Position numbers and translations under genes: made by a program
The notes under the pieces: model-generated
What the model was told of the DNA's origin: nothing
What the model saw: only the letters and a program-made list of their open reading frames with translations
Database searches by the model: none
In this document: positions 52,926-64,000 of the stretch, one piece after another
Layout: every line of letters begins with the position of its first letter
Position numbering within the stretch: the first letter of the stretch is position 1
DNA from: Eledone cirrhosa
Lineage: Eukaryota
DNA: 64,000 nt
Direction of reading: 5' to 3'
NCBI GenBank assembly: GCA_964016885.1
Contig: OZ024742.1
Location: 70,928,001 to 70,992,000, forward strand

Positions 52926-54181
52926 AGTTGGGTGCACTCTGCGACGGCTCAGCGAAGGTATGTCTATCTTTGATATCAGACAGCATGTCCGCCGAATTTT
53001 CCCCTATTCAGCTAGGGTGGGTACAAAGCTGGGTTGTGAGGTTGCCACTCAGGCGACCAGAGCATTTGCCAACTTGCCTTCCGAAACCCCCAAAGTCATT
53101 CTCAAGCTGGATCTCAGGAATGCTTTTAATTCCATCAGTCAAGATGTCATCTTCCGTTCAGCAAAGGAGGGGGCCCCCGCAGCTTTACTACTTTGCTTGG
53201 CAAGCCTACCGGGAGCCCTCCTACCTCACCTTCGGTGACCATCTCCTTCTATCTGCCACAGGGGTTTAACAAGGTGACCTGCTCGGATCTGTACTTTTCG
53301 CTCTAGGCATTAATGATGGAAGTTGACCTGAATAATGCTTGCTTGAGGGGGTCCTCCTGACAAAGTCCTTGCAACTGCAAAGGCGATGATTGAGGAGCTG
53401 GGTCGTAGTGGCCTTCACGTCAACAGTTCCAAATGCGAGCTCTGGCTCCTCAATCACCCAGCTTACCATCAAGAGACTGTTGACCTGTTCACAGAGTTCC
53501 TCCCCCATTGGCATGGTGCTCCCTTGGGGCCCCAGTTACTGACCAAGCCTTCAAGTCCATCTTTCAATCTAACTTGGCTAACATCAAGCAACCTTTCAAA
53601 AAACCTCAAAGTCATTGAGCTTCACCAAGGTTTTTTCATTCTCCAGAATTATCTGTCAATCCCTAAGTTGTTGTATTTCCTTAGAGTTAGTCCCTCTTAC
53701 AAATTCTCGTTGTCTCTCCAACACTTCGACGATCTAATATTCAGTGAGCTCGAGGGTTTGGTCAATGTCCGACTCTCTCCAGAGTCCCGCGACCAAGCTG
53801 CCTTACCCAAACAGTTTAGAGGTTGGTTTGCGTAAGTGTACTTCATTGTCCCTACCTTGCTTTCTTTCCTCCATCCATGCCTGCTCCCCTTTGGTAGGTG
53901 ATATCCTCTCCTTCCCAACTTGGACTAGTTGCACCAGGGAGTTGGATAAAGCTTTACTACAGTGGATGGGGGGGGGGGGGGGTCACTGCTTCCGCTGACG
54001 AACAGAATAAGTTTCAGAAATACCTGAACTTATCAAACGATTATTTTTTGTAGCCTGTGGCGTTCGAGACGTTCGGTGGAGTTGGACCGTTGACAGCGAA
54101 GTTGTTGTCTTCACTGTTGTTGTCTTTACTGAGGTGTCAGGTGATGCCCATGAGGGTCCCTGGTTATTTCGGCGCCTTAGC
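52926..54181 (+). mobile_element. CRE-clade (RLE-type) non-LTR retrotransposon fragment, degenerate
   Basis: VGCTLRRL, GTKLGCEVATQATRAF, LKLDLRNAFNSI, LLSATGV*QGDLLGSVLFAL, and C-terminal KFQKYLNLSNDYFL*PVAFETFGGVG...GDAHEGPWLFRRLS. Confidence 0.8.
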
Positions 54182-54182
54182 C

Positions 54183-54635
54183 ACTGAGTTCAAATCCCGC
54201 CGAGGTTAACTTTGCCTTTCATCCTTACGGGGTCGATAAATAAAGTACTAGTAATCATCATCATCATCATCATTTCATTTTACGTCCGCTTTTTCCCTGC
54301 TTGCAAGGGTGGGACGGGAACTGATTCTGGCTTGATTTCTACAGCTGGATGCCCTTCCTAACACCAACCTCATTTACAGTGAGTGCTAGGTGCTTTTTTG
54401 TCGTGGCACCTACACAACCACTTTGCAGTGGAATGATTTGGACCTCAGTCCCTATCATCTCATTTCTACAACTGAGTAAACTGGAGCAATGTGAAATAAA
54501 GTGTCTTGCTCAAGGAAACAACACATCACCCGGTCTGAGAATTGAACTCACAACCTTTCGATTGCAACGCTAATGCTCTAACCACTAATATACACTGGGT
54601 AATTGCTGGCCTTGTGCCAAAAGTAGAAACAATTA
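54183..54635 (+). mobile_element. Deu/Nin-domain-like SINE split by an antisense SINE
   Basis: GAGTTCAAATCCCGCCGAGG...GCCTTTCATCCTTACGGGGTCGATAAATAAAGTAC (54183-54253) resumes as CACTGGGTAATTGCTGGCCTTGTGCCAAAAGTAGAAACAATTA (54593-54635). The same tail is inverted at ~52244-52290. Confidence 0.7.
54254..54588 (-). mobile_element. CORE-type SINE with RTE tail, same family as 48196-48553
   Basis: Reverse complement closely matches 48208-48460 and has a (CAT)n tail at 54254-54273. Short TAAT repeats lie at the junctions. Confidence 0.88.
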
Positions 54636-54960
54636 TGAATAGTGCGATCGTGTTGGCTTGCCTGAAAGTGTGCAGTTAACGCCCAGGGCGTGAGGTGTTG
54701 AAGATCGCCACACTTACTTGGTGGGGGAATTGCCCCCCCCCCCCCTTTTTTTTTAAATTTCCTTTATCATTTTTGTTCATGAATTTATACTATTTTGACC
54801 TTCATATTTGTCCTTCTGAACGAATTGCGAGCAATTTATAGTGTTATTTACGCATTTGTTATGTTATTTATGTATATATTTAAAACACATTTGCAAAGTT
54901 ACTCTACTGTAAATTTATACAACTATATATATACATATTTACACATTAGATAGAGCAGTA

Positions 54961-54996
54961 CTCTCTCTCTCTCTCTTTATATATATATGTGTATAT

Positions 54997-55034
<38 letters not shown>

Positions 55035-55045
55035 GTATATATATT
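54961..55045. repeat. (CT)n/(TA)n microsatellite upstream of TOMM70
   Basis: Directly visible. Confidence 0.95.
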
Positions 55046-55271
55046 ATGATTATAAGTAATTGTTTTAATAGAATAATCAAAGTGCTAAAAGGAAAGTACA
55101 ACTAATATAAATTTATAGATACTCTATGCCGGCTGTTTGTTATTTTGAGTGTAATTCCGGTGGTTGGATATCGAGTGGAGCAGTGTAGGTTAGTGTGAGT
55201 GTGGACTCGTTATGTGAAACGAGATTCTCCTGGAGAATGAGAGTTGTATAGAGGCACGTGGGTTGGATATT

Positions 55272-55532
55272 ATGTCGCTGAAGAAAGTCCCTGCCCGTCT
55301 TGATATGTTACATGAATTGGTCCGAAAACAGTTGGAAGGGTTGTCCAAGTGGCAAATAGCCTTGTTATTTGGAGCACCTTTAACCCTAGGTCTAGCTGGT
55401 TTAATGTATTACAATAAGAAAGGAAAACACATAAAAAGTGCCAAGAACAACAACGACCCGAAAATAAACAACTATACGACATCTCAAAAAACAGAGTCTT
55501 CCAACAAAGACACTCCCAAGAAATTAAATGAG
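55272..55532 (+). CDS. TOMM70: Mitochondrial import receptor TOM70, coding exon 1 (N-terminal signal anchor)
   Basis: ATG at 55272 and 87 codons. LSKWQIALLFGAPLTLGLAGLMYYNKK matches the metazoan TOM70 anchor (WQLALAVGAPLLLG). Phase-0 donor GAG|GTTTGC at 55533. Confidence 0.9.
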
Positions 55533-55794
55533 GTTTGCTAATTTCCTATTACATAAAAAATACCTACGTATGCAGTGATTTATGCCTGGGTTTCGCTTTT
55601 TAAAAAAATTCTTATGGTTTCATAAAGAAATGATAGCTAACCATTTACCTCAGAATATTCACTTGGCTGTCTGAGATACGATATTGTGTTAAACATGTGA
55701 AAAGTTTGAATTGATAATGTCTTATGTAAATTACAATATATTTTGTTACTGATAGTGTTTATGTATCAGCAAATGGTAAAATTATTTATTAACA

Positions 55795-55803
55795 TACACA
55801 CAC

Positions 55804-55839
<36 letters not shown>

Positions 55840-55900
55840 CATACACGGACATATATATACATATATACGTGTGTGCGGTATATATATATATATACACATA
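55795..55900. repeat. (TA)n/(CA)n microsatellite in TOMM70 intron 1
   Basis: Directly visible. Confidence 0.9.
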
Positions 55901-57895
55901 CACAGAATTAATATATAGATATATGAACATTTCTGAAATGTAAATTCGGGGTTACATATTTCATTTTGTTTACCCCTCCCCTCTCCCAAGCTTTGATTAG
56001 TGCTTTGTTCAGTAATATATGACATGACCTCGACGAGACTTTCGTCTGACCTTTATTCTAGACCTGATTTAATTTAATTTACATTATTTCACATTTTATT
56101 TAATTTCATCTCTAGCGTCTTAAAAAGGTATTAAAAATTAATCTCTAAGTCCACAAGAAACAATTGTGAAACCCGGTATCGATGTCGTTTAGCCCAGGCC
56201 TTCCCTCATCCAGCTCACACTAAGCAAAAGGGCTCTAGTTATGACCACTGTCTTTTTCATACATAATATATTGGGGATCAGTTACATTATTGCTGATGTG
56301 GTTTGGCTGCTATTTCTAGAAATACTGCATTTTACCTCTAAACAGTTTTTAATCAAATAGAATGATAAACAAGTTATACGAATGAATCTGAAGAAAACAA
56401 CAATATAAATAAACGGTGCACAACACTTTTGTTTAGAAATTTCATAATTTGAAATAAATATTGATACAAAAAAAATGTGTAGCAAGATATAAATTATAAA
56501 ATGTTAGTAATTATTTTTGAGAAATTAAATTGTGTGACATTTCTGATTCCTCTATTTGAGACCAACAATCTCAGACTAACACTACCAGGAGCAATGGCTA
56601 GCAGTATTTTGTTATAATATAACATTAATTGTTTAATAGTGTGTGTATGTCCTGCTGGCTTTTATGTTTTTAGTGAAGTTCTCTGATAAAACATGTGATA
56701 ATGTTTGTAGTCATATTGATTTGAATTCTGTGCTTTTGGTTGGTGAGTTGAATAAATTGAGAAGCATTCGAATTATTTTAATTAATCAGACAGGTGGTTC
56801 ATAGAAATATGCCCGGTATAAAACATGTTTTTAACTCTAAATATTACAATTTTATCAATGTTACTGTGTGAAAGGCATTATGTTAATTTTCTTGAAGTGT
56901 CAGAAATGATGGTGTATGTATGTTATGTGGAAGAATTAATCGATATACAGGCTAGTTATGTGGGGTTGAGTGATTATCAGATGAAACATGTTCGACACAG
57001 AAACTGCAATCATTTATTAAAGTTTGACCCAAATATCGATATTAAGATGATGCACTCAGATATGCATATATAAATACGATTCTTGAAAAATTATCGAATC
57101 TGTTTTATAGTGTCGCCGAAAAATCGGGAATACTTTTTAGGCAGCGCTGAATATCGAGTGATTACGTGTAGTTCGGATGTGTATACTTTCAGTTCGGACA
57201 AGTTCATTTTTCTTTTCTTCTAGAAAACATGTATATATATATATATAACATCCCTCGTTTGAATTTGAACCTAGAAATTTGATGCAACAATCAAATTCTT
57301 GCAAATCTGTTTTGCTTTGCCATCTATCTACTATTTACTTACGTTTATAATAATAATGATATTGCACAATCTATTTTTGCTAATTAATGAAGATTACATT
57401 GCTATGGATTGGTGTTGTGTGTTTGGAATGTATGTCTACAAAATAGGTTGACACGACTGGAAAAGTCATATATTTAATATTGACACAACTAATTACTTGA
57501 TCATAAATCGTTTTACGTACACATTTCAATGCTGGCATGGGTTGGACAGTGCCTTTGAAGGCGGGTTTTCTTCGCCTGATGCCAACCTATACTGTATTAA
57601 CACTCGATTTTATTTCAAATAATTGATATTTTTAAAAAAAAGTGACAGAAGACATGCACACTCAATAACATCACAAGGAGCGCTGGAGTTTCCATCCAAT
57701 TTTTTTTAGGCAAGCCAACACACTTGCAGTATTGCCTCAGTTGATAGCGGGGCTAAGACACTGCAATAATCAAGGTCACTTGATACACCAGTAAGTTGAG
57801 TCTCCAACAATGACAAAAATCTCGTCAGTGGCTCAGCTTCCCCAAACGTCTTAAACACCATAGATTTTAAAAAATAGTTTGTTGGTAATTCATAA

Positions 57896-58290
57896 TATTT
57901 GAGAATCTTATTCCAATCAGCTATGGGTGCAGCCATACCTCTATTGCTAATAAGGTCAATTGCATAAAAGCTATCAACTACTTCAAGCCTTTGAGAGAAA
58001 CTATTTCTTGTGTGTTCTTAGTGCTTACTGCTCCTCAGCATCTGCCACATATAAAGTCTATCTTTTCTATTAACCTGTTAGTAATCCCACTATATCTCAT
58101 GTGTCCCTAGTTTACACTGGGTACATTGTGTGGAATCCCACTTTTCTCCTTTTCTTCATTATCAAGCATGGCCACCTTTTTGATGCTATTGGTGTCCTCT
58201 TTTCTTTTTTACAGTCTTTGCTAAGCTTACTTTGAGGCCTCTTGATTCCAGGTTTTAGAATTTCTTCTAATCAAGAGTTTCCTCAGTTTT
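57896..58290 (-). mobile_element. Heavily decayed RTE fragment, antisense in TOMM70 intron 1
   Basis: The minus strand reads EVVDSFYAIDLISNRG...WNKI and also carries a WPCL remnant. These parallel EVVDSFCYLGNLISSERG and KWPCS at 61260-61540. Confidence 0.6.
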
Positions 58291-58618
58291 GATGAAGATG
58301 AAATAGTGTTGGTTGGCATCAAGAAGGGCAAGTGACTAGAGGAACTACCTAAAAAATTATTGTCCAACCTATGTCAACATGGAAAAGCAAACAAAAATGT
58401 TGATAATGTTAATACTGTATATGATGTTGATGATCATCATCACCGCATGATATCTATTTTCCATGCTAGCAAGGGTTAGCCGGGTGATTATAATGCTAAT
58501 ACTGAATATGAATAGGCAGTCCCATGCTAGGAAATAAAAGGTAGCATTCAAAAAATATTTGTATGTTTTTAGGGAGAGAAGAAATTTATTCAAGAGCAAA
58601 AGAGGTAAATTAGCTTTC

Positions 58619-58840
58619 AACTGGGAATTGAAACTGCATTGCTGCCTCAGGTGAACAGGCTGTCGCTTAGCTCATATTCTAAGATGCTGGACAAGCTGTA
58701 GCTTAGCTCATGTTCTAAGATGATGGACAGGCTGTAGCTTAGTTCATGTTCTAACTTGCTCATTACAACTGGGAATTGAAACTGCATTGCTGTCTCTGCT
58801 GGACAGGCTGTAGCTTAGCTCATGTTCTAAGATGCTCATC
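58619..58840. repeat. Local 36-bp tandem repeat inside a ~150-bp duplication
   Basis: GGACAGGCTGTAGCTTAGCTCATGTTCTAAGATGCT occurs about 4 times. AACTGGGAATTGAAACTGCATTGCTG occurs at 58619 and ~58767. Confidence 0.85.
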
Positions 58841-59342
58841 ACAATCATTAGACAGTATTGATCAGTAATGAGCTTCAATGATAGAGAGATTAAGATATTT
58901 GGTATTTGGATTATATGGGGATGTGTTTAAACCTTATTACGGTTATTATGTTAATCTCCTGGTCAGTATACATATCTTTACTTATACCAGTCTGCTGCCT
59001 GGCTGACAAAAACATATTCTTTCTTCACAAGTGACTAGTGGTAGGAAAACATCCATTTATTGCAGATATATTAACTCCTAACACCCTGTAATAATTTAGT
59101 CAAAAATATTTAATATACTGTATATACTCGTAGATAAGACACACCTTCTTTGTTTTGTTTTTGTTTTTTTGCCCCCATTATTTAATATTTTAAGCCCAGA
59201 GCAAAGTTCACCAGCTTAGTTACATGCAACGTTTCATGCCCAACCTTTTTTTAGCAAAAAAACTGTAATTTATCTATGAATGTAAATAATAATCTTCATG
59301 AAATAACTGCAGAGAAAATTGAAATTCAATTTACTATTTCAG

Positions 59343-59519
59343 ATGACCAGCACAGAATCTGCTGTTAAGGCAAAAGAAGAAGGCAATGTACTTTTCAAAA
59401 GTGGTAAATACACAAAAGCTATTGAGTCCTACACTAAAGCCATTTCTCTGTGTTCAGATAGCAACAAACAGCAACTGGCAACATTTTACCAAAACAGAGC
59501 TGCAGCCTATGGTCAACTA
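59343..59519 (+). CDS. TOMM70: TOM70 coding exon 2 (TPR clamp repeats 1-2)
   Basis: Acceptor TTTCAG| and donor |GTAAGT, 177 bp, phase 0/0. AKEEGNVLFKSGKYTKAIESYTKAISLC...LATFYQNRAAAYGQL matches TOM70 TPR1-2. No further exon was recognised in the window. Confidence 0.95.
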
Positions 59520-59974
59520 GTAAGTGCTGACATTTTTGTCTCTCTTTAATTCATCATCTAATGATTCAGCAGAAAATATCTATCAACAGCTTTGATAATT
59601 CAAACGTTTATAATATCTTTACTTGTAGACAGATTGTGAAAATTTGCAGTAAACTAAAGTTTTTATTTAATGTGATTCAGTTGTAGTGCTGTTTTGTAAT
59701 TTTCAAGAATATCTTGTTGCTAATGTGGTTTCATGTGGTACAGGATATTAAGAGTTAAACTTCAGTTATCTCAGTTTTAAGTTGAAATTCTCTAATTGAA
59801 CTTATAACATTTCATTGATTCATGTATACACTGTAAGTTGCAACAGTAGAGAAGCCCACTACATTTATGCAAATATAGTGGGCTTCTTTTTTGTTTTATT
59901 GCATCATTGCATCACAAAAACTTGAGTGACAGATGCACATATATATGACAACTGGAAATTCCTACATGACAACC

Positions 59975-62043
59975 TTTTGCAAACTACTGACAAGATTTGT
60001 GGCTGGAGTAAACCGGCAGCCAGACAGAGGATGACCTGGTGGTGGAACAGCACAGTGGATAAAAACATTACAGTCATGGAAAAACTGGAAAAATAGAGGT
60101 AGAAGAGACCCGTACCAGGTAGCTTAGAGAGGAGCTAGATGACAGGTATACACAGTCCAGAGAAAGGCTGAAAAAAGAAAGTTTGCTGATGTCTTGAGAC
60201 ATGAGGATTAGAGACATGAAGTGTTTCACATTACAAGGTAGTGTGTTAGTGTAAATTGTGATGTTGGGGAAAATATGTTAGAAATGGTGCTCAACAGAAA
60301 GAAGCCTGGAAATGTTACTATGAGAGATTGATGAATGTAGAGAATGAATGTGTGGAAGAGAAACTACCCCCCAATTTACTCAATAGAAGGACCAGCTATT
60401 GAAGTTGACATTAAAGGGTCAAAGAAGCAGTCAAAGAGATGAAGAACGGTAAAGCTGCAAGACTATCAGGGACAGTTGCTGAGATACTAAAAGTATTGTG
60501 AGAAGTAGGAGTTGAACTAGTAACCCGCATAGTCAATCAGGTAATACAGGATGGAGTCATACCCAATGACTGGTGCAGCAGTACAATCATAAATTGCTAC
60601 AAGGACAAAAGTGAATGCCTAGAAAGGAGCAACTACAGAAGAATAAAACTAACAGACCAAGTTATGAAAGTGATGGAAATAGTTATAGCACAGCTAATTA
60701 AGGAAAGAGTCAAATTAGATGAGATGCAGTTTGGTTTCATGCCTGGGAAAAGAACTACAGATGCCCTTTTCTTAGTGAGGCAACTAGAAGAGAATTTCCT
60801 ATCCAAGAATAAGCCACTATATTTAGTTTTTATTGATCTAGAAAAGGCTTTCACAGAGTACCTCAACCTATTATCTGGTGGTCCTTAAGAAAATTAGGTG
60901 TAGAAGAATGGCTTGTGAGAGTAGTGCAAGCTATGTATAGAGGAGATGTCATTAAAGAGAGAGTAGGAAATGAGTTTAGAGAGGAATTCAAGGTATAGGT
61001 AGGAGTTCATCAAGGTTCAGTTCTTAGCCTACTGCTGTTCATCATAGTTCTTTAGGCCATAGCAGAGGAGTTTAAAACTGGCTGCCCATGGGAGCTTCTC
61101 TATGCAGATGATTTGGTTCTTATAGCTGAATCCATAAAAGATCTAGAAAATAATTTCTGACTATGAAAATAGAATTTGAAATCAAATGGTCTGAGAGTAA
61201 ACTTAGCCAAAACTAAAGTACTAATGAGTAGGAAAGAAAAGACCCTTATACCTTCAGGGAAGTGGCCCTGCTCCATATATAGAAAAGGAGTAGGCATAAA
61301 CTCCATATGGTGTACACAATGTAAATCTTGGGCACACAAGAGATATATTGGGATAATAGGTAGACTAACAGGAAAAGAAGACTTTATATGTAAATGCACA
61401 GGATTAATCAAAGGGAAGAGCAAGTCACAGGAAGGGTCCATAGAAGTGGTTGATAGCTTCTGCTATCTAGGTAACTTAATCAGCAGTGAAAGAGGGTGCT
61501 CTGGGAGCATAATAGCTAGAATAAGGATAGGATGGAAGAAGTTTAGAGAGCTACTCCTGTTGACAACAAAAAGTTTCTCCCTATATCCAAAAGGATGACG
61601 GTATGACGCCTGTGTGTGAAGTGCGGTGCTGCATAGTAGTGAGACATTGACAGTGACTGCAGAAGACGTGTAGACGGGAGAGAAAGGAGGCAACCATGCT
61701 TCATTGGATGTGCAACATAAATGTGAGAGAAAGGCAGAACTGGGATGAACTGTGGAAAAAAGCTGGGTCTAAGAGGAATTTGAGGTGGTGTGCATGAGAG
61801 TATTGGTATGTACATGTGATACACATGGATGATGATCGATGGGTGAAGAAGTGCCACAAAATGCAAGTGGATGGAAGCCGCACTAGAGGCAGACCAAGAA
61901 AGACCTGGGCAGAGGTGGTGAGAACTGACCTCAAATCGTTGAGACTCACAGAGGAGATGAAGAAACATGGCAAGTGGCGAGATGTTGTTCTGAAAAGGGC
62001 CTGTCAAACCCATGCAAGTGTGGAAAAACGAATGTAAAAATGG
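59975..62043 (+). mobile_element. Long degenerate RTE-clade LINE (RT, Cys-rich insert, C-terminus) in TOMM70 intron 2
   Basis: TWWWN, SNYRRIKL, QFGFMPGKRTTDALF, FIDLEKAF, GVHQGSVLS, ELLYADDLVL and RGRPRKTWAEVV, with many stops. Confidence 0.95.
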
Positions 62044-62926
62044 CTGTGTGTATATATATATATATATTATTGTTCAACTCATACCAACATAGATAAAGCT
62101 GATGTAAAAACAATGGTGATGGTCTTAAATATCTCCTCACTTATAGTTCTGGTTCTTATTCCTCATGTATGAGTGGACTAAAACTTGTGAAATTAAATAC
62201 CTTTCTTCAAAACTTAAACCAAAATAAATATGAACTCATAACTTCAGACAAATCATATTGACTGTATTTGTGAGAGAGAGAGATGAAAGACTCAACTGGA
62301 TACAGATCATTTCGACTGTATTTGAGAAATGAAAATGAGGTTAATTGTTCTTATCCGTGTATTTTCTCAATGTGAGCTCATGTAGAAATACCAATGTCCA
62401 CTTCAAATGTAGGCTGCATATTTTGGGGATGTCCAGTACATTGCCAACTTCGCCTTTCAGCCTTTTATGGTCAAATAAATAAAGTAGTAGTCTAGGGTAG
62501 TAGATTGGCAGTATTGTTAGAGCATCGGACAAGATGCCTTATATATGTTCAGAGTCTGCATTTTGACACAAGAAAAATGGTAGAATGATAAGACTAGGGC
62601 TCTTTATTTTTAAAGCAACCAAGAAACCGCCTAGATTTCCTGCTAGACCTGCATGTGTGAAAGCCATCAAAACACCCACAAGACTTCTAGATGTCAATGA
62701 CTGAACAGTAGATGTATCTATGGTGACATCTTTCACTGTTAGCAAAACCTCTATCAATGACTAGACTGTAGGTCTTGTGTGTACAAGTGATTTACGAAGT
62801 AAAATGTTCATCAGTAGGTTGTTTTTCAATTTAAGACTGCAGAGATTTGCTATCATTTGTGGTTTATGTAACATTTACATTGTTTCAAAGCTCTTTCTCT
62901 TTTTTTCATGTGAACAACTTTCATGT

Positions 62927-63360
62927 CGTCCTCTATACAACAGTCCTCCATACAGTAGTTCTCTATAAAGTAGTCCTCCATACAGTAGTTCTCTATAAAG
63001 TAGTCCTCCATACACTAGTTCTCTATAAAGTAGTCCTCCACACAGTAGCTCTCTATAAAGTAGTCCTCCATACAGTAGTTCTCTATAAAGTAGTCCTCCA
63101 TACAGTAGTTCTCTATAAAGTAGTCCTCCATACAGTAGCTCTCTATAAAGTAGTCCTCCATACAGTAGTTCTTTATAAAGTAGTCCTCCATACAGTAGTT
63201 CTTTATAAAGTAGTCCTCCATACAGTAGTTCTTTATAAAGTAGTCCTCCATACAACAGTCTTCTATACAACAGATCTCTATACAACAGTCTTCTATACAA
63301 CAGATCTCTATGCAACAGTCTTACATACAGCATCCCTCCATACAGTTGTCCACTATGCTG
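62927..63360. repeat. 30-bp minisatellite (dimer of 15-bp subunits) decaying to 15-bp units
   Basis: CTCTATAAAGTAGTC-CTCCATACAGTAGTT repeated about 10 times over 62946-63260, then diverged 15-mers. Confidence 0.95.
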
Positions 63361-63732
63361 TAGTTCTCTTTGTTTTGTCAAGTATCATATCATTTGTAAT
63401 TGAGTTTTCTTTATCATATTTGTACACTATTAACAGAACAGGTACACCCCTTATTTTTTTGTAAGATCTGAATAAAAGTGTTGGTTTGCATTTGCATTGC
63501 ATCCAACAATAAAACAGCGCTTCAAAGTTTTTCTTTGGGTCTGCAAGGTTAGCCTTTGATTTAGCAGGAGGAAATAGCTGTAAGATGCTGCTACTGTATA
63601 TTTTGACTTTCACTTAAGTTATCATTACAAATTGATGTTTAGTCAGTTGTCTGTATCTCATTCTGTTACATAACATACTGGTGTTTAGTCAGTTGATTCT
63701 CTCCTTCTCTTACAAAACATTTATTCCTATCA

Positions 63733-63946
63733 ATCATCATCATATAATGTCCATGCTGACATGGGTTAAACAGATTATTATAGACCAGGTCAGTACTTAA
63801 TTAGAGCTATTTTCCTCCCAGATGGCCCAAAGAGGAGGGTCGGTCACATCTCGCGTTCTGGCTTTTAGCATGGTTTCTATTGCTGGATGTCTTTCCCATG
63901 ACCAACCACTTTGTAGAGTGTACTAGGTGCATGTTATCATGGCACG
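63733..63946 (-). mobile_element. Decayed RTE/SINE 3' tail, antisense
   Basis: (CAT)n, CCATGCTGACATGGGTT, TTTCTATTGCTGGATG and AGAGTGTACTAGGTGC...TGGCAC are reverse complements of the RTE 3' UTR motifs. Confidence 0.6.
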
Positions 63947-64000
63947 AACATTAAAGAGGTTTTCTCCTTAACACAACTCAAGAATTCTCTCAGCTTTTTG

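Noticed and set aside
55263-55541. ORF-track boundaries for TOMM70 (55263..55541 and 59319..59549)
   Set aside because: These use TTG starts and read into introns. The ATG at 55272 and the splice sites give 55272-55532 and 59343-59519.
56282-58620. Short ORFs in TOMM70 intron 1 as extra exons or nested genes
   Set aside because: They are AT-rich low-information translations. Exons 1 and 2 already join in phase into a continuous TOM70 sequence.
62875-63381. Suckerin-like Gly/Leu/Tyr structural protein (YGGLLY repeats)
   Set aside because: No signal peptide or Ala/His-rich modules, a non-ATG start, and several frames open simply because of the 30-bp period.

Overview
Eukaryotic, AT-rich genomic DNA. 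The SINE/RTE repeat content and microsatellite style suggest a coleoid cephalopod such as octopus (inference). Positions 1-39445 are one uninterrupted tandem array of a 44-bp monomer (about 896 copies, open at the left edge), consensus GTGYCATAACCCTACTGTTCACATAACTTAAGATAGYCAGGGAT, with nested higher-order duplications. It ends 79 bp before a good splice acceptor and a probable terminal exon of an unidentified + strand gene (39525-39673), so the array may be intronic. Positions ~40.2-54.7 kb are a dense nest of decayed transposons: RTE LINEs and partner SINEs, a Buster/Charlie hAT with TIRs and an 8-bp TSD, a Tc1 missed by the ORF track, a piggyBac-like MITE, a BEL/Pao-like fragment, a non-autonomous Helitron and a CRE-clade non-LTR fragment. 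From 55272 come the first two coding exons of TOMM70, with RTE fragments and minisatellites in its introns. No CRISPR array, RNA gene or convincingly novel protein system is supported. The most notable items are the giant, structured, probably intronic satellite and the CRE-like element.
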